Shown here one piece after another: positions 10,701-21,538 of a DNA stretch of 64,000 bases. The DNA lies in the NCBI RefSeq assembly GCF_002571385.2, contig NW_019217787.1, positions 505,791 to 569,790 of the forward strand, given 5' to 3'. Within the stretch, counting starts at the first letter, position 1. Each line of letters opens with the position of its first letter. Origin of the DNA: Stylophora pistillata. Lineage: Eukaryota. Position numbers and translations under genes: made by a program. Below the pieces are notes generated by a model, which searched no databases, was not told the DNA's origin, and saw only the letters and a list, made by a program, of their open reading frames with translations.

Positions 10701-13484
10701 GTAAGTTAATATATGTAAAAGCAAGCTTCAAAAGGAAGGAAAAGTTGAAATCGTTTTATTCTCTCGTTTCAATCCGATTCTCCTATTCGAAACTTACAAG
10801 ATGAAATGATTTCCTAAATTTTGATATCTAATTTACCTTGGACCTCCAGGTATAAGTTTTTTCTTCCGTTAGTTTTTTTTTTTTTTTTCTACATCCTTTT
10901 AGCAATTAATTTGTTGTACGTGATCGATGAAGAGATCCAGTCTTACCTTTTATTTACCGTGGGCAGTGGTTCGTGATATCTAAATGCCTGAAAGTCATCA
11001 GCTGCAGGAAAATAAATTGGTGCATTAATGAGAGACAGACAGCATGCATTATTAATTGCAATTCGAAGAAACGCGATAACTCTATTGACGTGTCTTTTGA
11101 AAATGAACAGGAAAATATGTGAAAATAGCAGGTTTATAATTCATGAGGTAGCATTTACTCACAGTAAATTGTCTTCAAATGGAAAACTGAAAAATATCCC
11201 TTATCTACATGTCATTATCTCACTCTACGTCATCAGTTGTAAAATACTCGTTGATCTCCGTAGGACTAGTGTAGGCATCAAGCTGAGTAAATTTCTCAAA
11301 CTACAGCTTAAAACCACAACATGTTCCGTGGGATTTTCGACATACAAATAAAAAAATAACCTCAGATTTACTGAACATCATTTTCTGGGGGATTTTCGCC
11401 AAACAAAGAGACTAAAACAGCACATTCATTGAAACTAAACGAAGACCTACGCGTTTGGGTGTTGTATTAGGGCCCGGAACGTTACAAAATAAAGCCGCAC
11501 GAAACTGAAGGTGTGCCTTGAACCAGTAAAAATGTCTCACCTTTGAAATTTAATATCGTAAGTAAAAGTTTCTAACAATCAGAAACCATGTTTAGCCAAG
11601 AATGCGTTGGCTAGGTTTATAGAGGTGCCCTTAAATATTTTGATCCGTGCACAGTCAAGGAATCATTTAAGAAATGTTTGTCGATTTTAATGATCTGAAT
11701 AGACTTCCGTTTGACTTCTGATTATGAACAAATTTGTTTCAGAAATATTATGCAGGTTTTCATGACTGAAGGGTCGAAAAGCAGTCTAAGCGAACACTCA
11801 GAGGGCAGGGGAAAAATGTGAACTACAAACTCAACCTATTAAATTCCTAATTTTTTTTTTCACGTGAGCTCTCAGGGCATAAAATTTTCTAAGAGCTATG
11901 AACACGCAACGATTAAAGTTCAACTGAACGGGGTAAGAATAAAAACGCAAGAGGCTTCAAATTATTTCCACCTGAAGCGGGTTTTATTAGGCATATTGAA
12001 TACAATCATCCAACCATAAGCAATTAATCCCGAGACAACCCATAACTTGCATTAGCGCTACCGAGATAAACTACTGATTTGATACTGCTATTAGCATTTT
12101 TTTCAGAAACCGGTAATTTTTAGCAAGCAAAGTTTGAATCGTTTTCGGTCGATTTCGACGAAAAAGTTGCGAAAAAAAATTCCTCGTAAAGTAAATCAGC
12201 ATCGTAGGTTTCCATGTTTCCGTAAGCGACACTGAAGAAACTTTACGGCGAATCGTGTCTCATGGCTGCAGCTCGTAGCAAAATGATTTTATTCAAGTCC
12301 ACAGGTTATAATCAAATGAGTCAGCTCTTTGCTCAGTTTTCGCCCCCGAAGAGCGGATGAGATGATAAAAAAACTAACAGGTGGACAACTTAGATCGACG
12401 GCCATCGCAACATGAAAATCATCATCAATAATATTGACTTGCGAGCGCTGGCGCACTACTGAATACATATTCATTAAGAATCACAAACGTGACTGATGTG
12501 AAACTGATGTTTTGTGTGCTTAGCTCGTTTTCTGTCAGCAGAGACTTCATCTAAGTTTAGCATTTGAAATTAAGGAGTACCTTGTCTTTATCGTCGCCGA
12601 AACTCAGTACTTCAGCTTTGTCATGATTGATAATGATATACTGAAACAAGTTCATACTGCTAATATCGCATACACAGCTCCGGCTTTTTCAGTTTTCCAA
12701 TCTACTTTACTCCAAAGACACCCTTTTATCAAAGACGCTCTTAGCGCAAAGATTCAATGTGTACGATAAACTTGTAGACACAACTTACCGGAAAATATTC
12801 GTTTGTTGACTCTCTGCTTTTCTTGCATTCTGTTCTTTTGAGGCCAAGTGGCGAAAAAATCGCAAGGCTCTGTTAAATACTCATCTCCTAAATCCACATC
12901 GTCAGTACCAATCCCCAGATCAGCATCCTCTGAAAAACCATTCTTTTCACCGCTGTAATCTTCTAAAGTTGCATTTAAAAGTTTAATGTTGGAAAAATCT
13001 GGCGTAGGCGAGCAACTACGGTGTGAATTAGCTGAAGATGGACACGATGTATTTGCAGACGAATAGCCGGAAGAATATGAACAGCTAGCTGACGTTGACC
13101 AAGAGTTAGCAGGATGCCAGTTCGAGCTTGCCAAAAGGTTTTTATGAACTGCGTCGTCTTGGTCTATAGTGGTCAGGTTTTCACAGATTCTTGACGGGTA
13201 ATACCTTTCTGGTGAAGGATGTCGCTCAACTGTTACCGTAAGCGATGTCCCTTGTAATTCCTCCGAGTTATTCGGTCGAAAGTCGAGAGCATGCCTCGGG
13301 CTGTAACAAAAGGACTCGTATAGTCCATTGATAAGTTTTTGCCGGATTTTACCTTTAGCACTCAGGGGTAAAACTGTTTGTTGCGTCCCTTTTCGAGCGA
13401 GATGTTCTAGGTTGGCGTGATGTAATGACCACTTCCCACAGACACTCTGCCCTTTTCGCCAAAATCGCTTGGCTCTTGTTTTTC
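4788..13484 (-). CDS. KSR/Raf-family pseudokinase (KSR3-like), multi-exon; 5' exon(s) not resolved
   Basis: Phase-consistent GT-AG exons: 13484-12789, 11001-10947, 9921-9885, 7682-7597 (KSLREWSIPYSDLQFGE), 7392-7225 (GRWHGDIMIH...[23 protein letters not shown]), 7140-7044 (IAKQISQ), 6577-6453 (GMSYLHAKGIVLPALTTMNVFLE), 6071-5937 (LTYLAPELMR), 5700-5574, 5457-5374 (LIKDCW...RPQF), 4883-4788 (RRISFSEP...stop). Motifs match the KSR/Raf kinase domain, but the catalytic motifs are degenerate. Confidence 0.85.
6162..6378 (+). mobile_element. tRNA-derived SINE (Deu/Nin-domain-like family)
   Basis: A-box-like TGGCGCAGTGATG and B-box GGTTCGATTCC, followed by the core TTCTCCGGGTCCTCCGGTATTCCTCCC. Flanked by direct repeat TACGCC (6156-6161 and 6379-6384). 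Related copies lie at 21960-22105 and 23040-23310. Confidence 0.8.
7725..9282 (+). mobile_element. Ty3/gypsy (Mag-like) LTR retrotransposon; pol absent or unassembled
   Basis: Near-identical LTRs at 7725-7877 and 9111-9282 (TGTAGT...ACTACA). 5-bp TSD GGTCA at 7720-7724 and 9283-9287. PBS TGGCGACGAGGAT at 7879 is complementary to the tRNA-Ser(GCU) 3' end. PPT AGGAAAGGAGGGAA at 9097-9110. A single N sits at 8995. Confidence 0.93.
8004..9017 (+). CDS. gag: Gag polyprotein of Ty3/gypsy element (two CCHC zinc knuckles)
   Basis: RWKRWKRAFDLY, QESGETVDQFVCRLR and IRDQLI capsid-like motifs. Zinc knuckles CFSCGREGHFSQDWRC and CGKCGTIGHFKVKC, then an RG-rich tail. Confidence 0.9.
   Translation: MPGHGGSDETTSGAVGSSVNGSGMATVALDVSGLEPFNPKGEAHNLSQRWKRWKRAFDLYVTGKGVSNDAQKRALLLHVAGMDVQEIYFTLAGDGEDVSFQATLQVLDNYFVPKSNVPFQRHLFRQISQESGETVDQFVCRLRQRAATCEFGVNEDDYIRDQLIDKCYSSHLRREFLEKEGTVTLGDLLRVARSQEAVDRQLKQFNTDQVDRVNAVRGKVDGNKNPRKLKTCFSCGREGHFSQDWRCPARGQTCGKCGTIGHFKVKCPQFHQRGGAQSGSKGTRNSRGGFGRGGRGRGRLGQEANLVTRGPASREEDKKDFATPARQSRPXYELNMI
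9993..10085 (+). mobile_element. Penelope-like element terminal fragment with degenerate minimal hammerhead ribozyme motif
   Basis: GCT-CCGACAA-AGGGCTAACGCTC-GAAAC-GTC-AGC plus a downstream tail matching the PLE end at 28250-28325. Confidence 0.7.
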
Positions 13485-16400
13485 CTGAAACAATCATCAA
13501 GCAGGTTAAAAAGATTGAAATTTGTTACATGACAAAAAACGTCCAAATGCTTGGAAATCAGTAATTCATTCACATAAACTGAAAGGAAAAGAATTCGTTG
13601 AGTAAAATAAATATTAATTACACCTTAAAGGTTATATTTTGTCTTTCTCTTACCGGCATTATGTTTTCGGCATCGACGTTCGCACTCCGCTAAAAGAGAT
13701 GTCGAGCACTTTTGGTGATATTTCAACCTTTAATTCAGAGAGATATTGGAAAATATTCCTTAACGCCTGAACATTTAAACACAAAACAGGAAGATTGTCA
13801 AGTCAGTTGTGCTCTGTATACACATTACTATTCATGGGTAGTGAGTAGTTTTACAGTCAGCTCAATGCTGGTTAAACCCTCAAGCTTCTACCAACCTGCA
13901 ATCCTGGCAACACACCCCAAGAAATCGGATGACTTTTTTGCAACTGTCGCACTGGTTTCGACAGAGAATCTTCCGTGAAAAACTGCAAAACGGAGGACAA
14001 AAAAGCAGACCTAGATGACACAAATTGAATTTCACTCCGAACCCTGAGCAGGTGCGTGTTCAATGACAATGAAAACCTTTCCGCCGCTCAACTTTAATAA
14101 AAATATTGGGCATTTTTATCCGCGACTGCGAATTCTATTCCCGAAAAAGATACGAACCTCTGTTGCAAATATTTAAGGGCAATTCCATGGGAGATAGACC
14201 TTGATAACTTTTGCAATGTCCGCTTTTTTATAGAAGATTTTTGCTAAAAACAATTTACTGCTGTTCGGTCGGAAAATCAACACAATCTCTGTGGTAATTG
14301 TTTTGATCACAGTGCACCTGAAATTCTTGCTTTGATTCTTACCTGTGAGCGTCCACTTGCATCCTCTAGTTCAGATTTCTGTTAGCAGAGAATTGTAAAT
14401 AAACATTATCGAGTCTGAGTGAAGCCAACACTTTCGCTTGAAAACCTAGGAGCTTTGCTCTAGTTTTCGCTGTAGTGCGTCTATAGCTTGCCTTCCAACC
14501 TGTGAATATGCAAATAATGGCAAATAATATGTGATCTCCAGCTGCCAAGAATAGACCAATGAGGTGAGGCGTCTCTATAAACATAAGGAATTATGCCCAT
14601 TGCCTGAATGCTGCAAGTCTTCCAAAACAAGGGGATCGACCTGCCGCTCTAAACAAAATAACTCTTTTTTAATTCCTCCCGTTTAATTTGAATCAGTTCT
14701 TTCGTTGGTTTCCATCTCGAGGCGTCAGGACAAAACAAAGACAAGAACGACAAACAGATGTAAAATAAGTCGCTATGAATGGTATTATAGGAGAGACAAT
14801 GCACAAAGGAACCGGGTTAGCAATATCTAGGAGAAGATCCCTCACTTGTCTTGAATAAATTCCCTTCTTTTTCTCATTACTAGTTTTATTATCAAAATAC
14901 GTTCTTTAGCTCATTTCCAACAGTAGAAATTTATCATGCATTGTTACTGAGATAAGCAACCCAACTTTGTACAGTTTCACTCCCGAGGCAATGAATTCGC
15001 TGGCTCTCTCGCGCAAATTATACTCCTATTCTTTGACATATGTTTAAATTTCACTTTTTTTAAGTGTTCGCCAGAAGAAGTTCTGAAGTGAAGACTCTTA
15101 TGTAGTTCTTGGGAAATAAAAGGGATCGAAAGATTAAAACGGCCAAACAAAAACTCTTCGAGTACAGGAAGCCTTATTAACACTCAGTGCGGTTTCTTCA
15201 AGTAGCCGAACCAACTGGACTAAAATATAAACGTAAATGTGATGCAAATAAGTTGCAACTGAAAAAATAATTGTAATTGCTTACAAATGCTTTTTTAGTG
15301 CATGTGCGTTCAAAACATATAAAATAAAAATATAATTTTATCATGCCTTATCACCCAGCCACGTTACGTACGTAAAAGGTAAACGTCAATGATAGCACCC
15401 TTGATATGACCTGATATCCCCACATAACTCCTTGCTTGGAAAGTTTAAGACATCTTTCGCCCGCCTACATTTTCACCAAATAAATTAAATCTTCACACCC
15501 TCTTTCCCCACCTTTCATTCCCGCTTTGCTGAAGCACGTCTAACGAAAAAGTTTTAGCTTTATGGTCAATTTGTTTATAAGAAAGAGCAACAGAAAGCTA
15601 ATCATCGACAGCAGTGTTTAGAGAATTTGTAGCATTTTTCTGGCGGTTCAACTTTTACCAACCTTAAACATGAATATCTTCATTTCCAGCAGAGTCATTG
15701 ATAGTGAAGAAATGATTTTGAGAATCCCTTTCTCGTCTTTCCAAATAATTCTAATTCATGTTTGATACATAGCTATAGATTCCAGCCGGGTGTCGTTTTC
15801 TGAGTGATGTACATTCCTCTAAAGCAGTTTTTAAAGAGCTGAGGAACCAACAAAATATTTTTGTTTTGGATAAAAGAGTGCGATGACAGTATGCTAATTC
15901 GCCCACCCCTCGATAAATTCCATTCTACTGAGGTGACTCTTTCGCTATAATGTCTTGATTCACACTCCGAAAAAACTTATGAATAAGACACGTGGGACAG
16001 AATAAAGCGTTAATTTACCCGATCACTCAATGAGTGCATACTAATTTCCGCCTACAGCAAAAGTAAAGTAAGACTAAAAGCTTCATCGCCTCTCCGTCCG
16101 CACAGTTTCACTTATGAGTCTCTGGAATTTGCTTTTTTGTATAAATATCGATTGTTTTAATAGCGGAAGAGTAATTTAGGATGGACGTCTCGCCATTTGT
16201 TTATGATAACAAGAATTAATGCATTATTCACCACGAGGAAGTCACTTTAGCTTGCTTTGTCATTCAGTTATGAAAACAAAGGGTTTAGAACTTCGCAGAA
16301 AATTCTGTTTTTTTAACGCTTTTGGTTCTAATAGAAAGTCCAATAGAAACGAAAAGTTAATAAGGACTACTCGAAAGACATTGACTGCAAACAAAAACGG

Positions 16401-16972
16401 AAATTCTTAAACATAGTAACCCTGTTACTACTTGATTATTACCCTCTTTATCATTTCTGGAAATTACCAATAGGTAAATGAATAAATAAGTACCCCGGCA
16501 CTAAATCCAATCATAAAGATAAGGACATGAATGTCTTGTAACACACAAGAAATGAGCAAAATTGTATCTCAGGCCAAATCGAGCAGACCGCTCTTACGGA
16601 AACTCTGTGTTAATGTGTTACCATTATTTGAACATTATCGTTGATGTTGTCTTTACGGAAGAGAAAATCCTATAATTGACGGCTGCAGAAAAATGTGCTC
16701 GCATCGACCGCCTAACCTAAAAACCGACTGGAATAGTTACCTTGTACTAAGTTGGATTTGCAGCTTCGCAGGAAAAGAGATCTCACCAACTGCACCGTTT
16801 ACCAGCTTCGCACAAGCAAATCAGGAAACTCAAATAAAAAAAAAAAGATCACGAGCTCTTTCTTGTATTCTTTTCACTGGGATGCACGTTTAACGTGCAT
16901 TCCAGGTGAAGACACTTGTAACCTATCATCATGTACTGAATTCCTGAACAAGTTCCCCTCTCAATCAATATG

Positions 16973-17059
16973 ATCACGCTTCACGTGCTAATCCTTAATC
17001 ACGGTTCACGTGCTAATCCTTAATCACGCTTCACGTGCTAATCCCTAATCACGCTTCAC
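16973..17059. repeat. 25-bp minisatellite, ~3.5 copies, each full copy with CACGTG
   Basis: Unit ATCACGCTTCACGTGCTAATCCTTA repeated in tandem. Confidence 0.9.
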
Positions 17060-20000
17060 CGTGTTAAAAAACCTTCCCTGGCCTTTTGAAAGCTGAGATT
17101 GTTTTTGTTGCTATTCAAACTTTCTTTCCGCTGCAGCTGTGGAATGGTATTTCTGTCTTCTGCCTCATGGAACTTCTCTCGATAAACATTTGCATTTTGG
17201 CGTTTTTGGTTTTTGTTTTTTTTGGTTTACAGTAATTAAGATCAAGAAGCAATCTTTTTACACACACTATTAGACCGTTTTGGAAATGTCTATCTACAAT
17301 ACACACATGTAGGTTCCCGGGTTCAAGAGATTGCAGATTTGGTTTGTCTCCAGGTGGGGATGAGAAACGCGCCGAGTACATGGCGCTTGCACATGCACTA
17401 AGAGACTACCTACAAGTTGCAAACAATGCAAGAAAGAAATGTCCTCCTTACTATAAGTGTATTCCAAAAAGTCTGTGTTTCACTTCCAGTGCAATTCAAG
17501 GATCTTGTATTTTAAATTTTAACCTATAGAATGGCGCCTTTCCTATTGATAAAGCAATAAACAAACAATTTATTGGGAGTTAAGGGCTCTTGTGCGAATG
17601 CTAGATGCGATTTTCCCCCTTGCTAATACTTTTCTTCCACCCGAGGGTGTCCACAAAGGTAGAAGTGGTCTCCTTGAGGTCAACAAAAAGTACTTAAATG
17701 CCAAGGTAGTGACTGCGCTAGACCACAGCACGTGCTGCCAGCCCGCGAGCATGAACGAAGACTTTTGTTAGAGTGCTTTTTACTATTTTACAGGAAAACG
17801 CATTTTGTGTGTAATCTCTTTTAAAGTTGTTTGCGATACCCTCTGACTTCCTTTCTCCAAGTGTTAGCTTCGAATACTTACTGTTTCCAAATTTTCCAAA
17901 GGAGCAAAGTTTGTGAGAAAACCTTCCTCGTGCCGTAAACATTGGATTGATGGCTGTTATTCGCACAACTGTGTTGCAAGTTCAAGCATTTTTGATACTG
18001 ATATAACCTGTATGACGTCACACTGTTGCTTTGCCTCGAAATGAATATAACGCAATGAAGGCCGAAACGAAAATCAACGAGGTCTCAGGCTACGGCTGTA
18101 AACGGCGAGGGCTCTTGCCAATGTTCCATGTCTGTTACTTGGGGACGAAACAACATTCAAACCACCTAATTTGAGAGGGAATCTCCCTGTTTTGTTCGAT
18201 CAGTTTTTCCATTGATTATGATCGTTCTTCATAATCGCTTTGTATAGTCTATGTAATCGATTTACTTTTATTTTCCTCGTTTTAGCGAAGTCGCACAGAA
18301 TATTTTGTATAATAAAAATAGACTATGAAATATAAAAATAATCCTTCTATGGAATTAACAAATATCCAGAGAAAGTGACTTTCTCATTCTCTCTTGTCAG
18401 TACATGGGTGTAAATAGATGGAGGTCACGACTGTATTTGGACGTCCCAAAGGTTCCCTCCTCCCTCTCGCATTTAAGGTTGTGCGGTGTATACTATTCGA
18501 TTCCTTACGCCGATATTAGTCGCCGCCTAAACTTTTCTTTTCGCGATTTTCTAAGCGCAATCTATTTAAAAGTCACATTGTTTACAGGTATTTGTAAACT
18601 AGAAAACTGGCCTCCATGCATCTATTCGCAACCTACCGAATGTAGTCATGAAACTTAGCTCCACTTACAAATGTCACTTTATCTTATTTTCTCGATTGAA
18701 ATTGTTCCAACTGTGGAAAAATAGGGCTAAACAAGACTGGTCCCTGTTGAGTAATAAGGAAAACAAAATCCGCAGTCGAGTGTTAAAGTCGAGTCGGTCA
18801 AAGTCGTCAGCAGTGTCGCACGCTGGTGTCACATTCGTTAGAGTCTTGTAACAGTCGCGGGCAGTGTCACGCACTCGTGCGACAGCTGTGGGACGATATT
18901 TACATCCGAACCGTAGAGATATATCTGAGGAATCAATATTTATGTTGATATTTTACCAAACAAAGTACTAATAATATTTAATTCAACAATTCAGGTTCAA
19001 ATGCACGTTGGTACCCGCCACGCATTTCCTGTTTCTAAAATATATCTTACTGGCCACATTGGATAACTTACTGACTCAGATCTAGTTAAGTATTTGTCCT
19101 GGTATTGTCTGTTTAAATCACAACTTCTTACTTGGACTCTGTATTTGATATCTATATCATATGAATAGCTAGACAAAAAACTATGCGCTTATTTCTTGGA
19201 AGACCTGCCTTTTTAACTTAAAACTACTGCAGTCTTTTTTCCAACCAAAAACCCCTACTACTATTTTTAATCTGTAATTTTCTCCAATTGCCTTCTCCTT
19301 ATGCTCCCTTTGTGCCGGGAACGAGAGAGATAATTTTTAATACCTTCACTTATTTACATGCATCCTAGAATGAAAATAGTTTAGTATTCAAAATCAAATT
19401 CAGTCCATGTTTGATATGAATCAGACTTTCCTACGTGGTTAACAAATCCCAATGGTTCCTTAGAATCAACAAATGACCTCAAAGGAAAGATTCACAGGTC
19501 AGAAACGGTGTAAGTTTTTTTAGGCATGAAAGATCACCGACGTATTCTATCTACCAAAGATGCAAGACTTTGAGACTTCATTCAAGGTTGCAGTTGTAGT
19601 TGATTATTATGTTATGTGTCAAGGGTTCAAAGGGTAAATCTTGGAGCAAGTGTACTTTACACAGACCTATATCAGTAGAAGTTAGCTGTGAGTACACAGT
19701 AATATCTATCAGGAGAAGACAGTTCATACGCATCACAAAAGCCTCAATAATGGTCACTGGTAACTAGACCCAAATTGAAGCTCTGTTAGCAACACGCTAC
19801 ACGTTGCGTGCGTCTGGTGATCCATAGCGAGGAAAGAAATTTTCACTCCATATTAGTTGCTCTTAATTCACAAGTCTTCGTCTTCGATGGTGGAATGCAA
19901 ATTCTTTGAGGACGTTCTCGGCATTGAAAATTTATTATTCTTGGCAGCGTATGGTTTGGTATGACCCCTCTGGTTGAAAGCGGGATTGGTTTCCTATAGA

Positions 20001-20258
20001 AACAGAGAACATAAGCTTTACTGCTCAGTGGTCCTTCTTTTATCACGGTACCTTTTTTCTGTCACGTGGCTGACCAGTCGAATTGTACCTAGCTGGGACC
20101 ATTCATGTCCAGTCAGTTTAGTGTTTCGTACCCATACTAATAAAGCATGTTTCCATGTTAAGTATGTTTAAAGTAAGGTCGGTTTCTTATGTTAATTAGC
20201 AACATAATCTGCTTCAATAAGTTTTGTTTATGAGGTGTCCATTTTTGATATGCAACCA

Positions 20259-20485
20259 CCGGGCCAGGTTGTTAAAAATACGGTTAACCTAAATTTTTAA
20301 TTTAGTTTTACAGCTCCGCAAAAGATATTTTCTTTTATATTTTTTCCCCCTAGTTTCGAGTCATATTAAGGGAAGACTCAACAAAGCCTTAGCTCTTATA
20401 CGCGCTCTTCTGCATGGGAAATGAAATCCAAGGTTAACTTTAAATCCTAGATAAAGGTTAACCCCCTTTCGGACAACCCGGCCCT
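20259..20485. mobile_element. MITE-like element with terminal inverted repeats
   Basis: Begins CCGGGCCAGGTTGTT and ends GACAACCCGGCCCTG. A related element lies at ~31733-31963. Confidence 0.5.
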
Positions 20486-21538
20486 GTTATTGAAAAGAAG
20501 GTCTCAAGCATAATCAACAGAACTTTAAGCTCTAACTCTTTACCAACTTATCGTAAACAATAATCAACATTTGTTCACACCCTTGCAGCACGTGAGGAAT
20601 TTCGTGCGATCTCCTGGGAAGGGTACGAATCGACCAGCGAGTCGGGTACGAACCAACACAAACTGGGTACGAATCGTCTGAATTTGGGTACAAATCGCCT
20701 GATTACGAAACGTCAATGGGAAAGAAATGATTGGATATCGCCTCGTGCAGTAGATGATTGGGAAAAGTTGGCGCAACACGTTTTTCGAGCCGTTAACACG
20801 ATGTTGACTTTTGACATTTGTGCTTAACGTCCTCCTGCTTAGATGTTCTAGTGCATTTTGTATTGTTTGTATTTTTTTCAGTCAAACCTCTTGCTGAAGA
20901 GTATCCATATATAGGTTAAGTGAAGGGGGCATGGGGACAAGGTAGGACGTTCTCTATAAAGGGCAATAAGACCACGCTCTGTCCGAACGGTGAATGGCGC
21001 AAATTTAAGACTAGAGTTACGTAAAAGGGAAGGGATTTCACAAGATAAGGTACATGTGTAAAGAAAAGAAACTAATGGTAAATTTATGATACCACTTGCG
21101 ACGAAAGCGAGAAAAAAAGTTTTCTTGTTCAAAACAAAGGCCTCGTTTTTTGTTCTGTCTTTTTTACAAAAAGTTTACTGAGGAATTGTTATAATATAAA
21201 AAAAGCAGAGTAATTGCTTAGGGTTAGTGAGTCATGCTGAAATCGGTCTGTAAAAAGTATCCTCGCAAAATTGCCATTTATTTTAAATACAGTAAGAGAT
21301 GGGACCATCCTGCATGGATGATAATATATGGATGATATATATGGATGATAGATATATTGAAGTGGTCAACAGTTTGATCAAGATTGGTGTATAAAAGGGA
21401 CAAAGTTGGGACTCACGCCAGAGCAAACTCTCCCTTCTCCACCCCCCTCCAGGTACTTTCAGTGACTAAATTGAAGCCAATCGAAGGTACTGAAGTATGT
21501 GTAATGTACTTGGACACAGTAACAGCACAGAGTAGATA

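Noticed and set aside
14343-14362. ATG-containing mini-exon (MQVDAHR) as first exon of the kinase
   Set aside because: The donor is good, but splicing to the 13484 acceptor puts this ATG in the frame that stops at 13355. Left unresolved; it could be a UTR exon or uORF.
17115-21132. Additional gene between the kinase and SNX27
   Set aside because: Only short ORFs and repeat-like fragments (e.g. GGGTACGAA repeats near 20620-20690). No coherent exon chain could be built.
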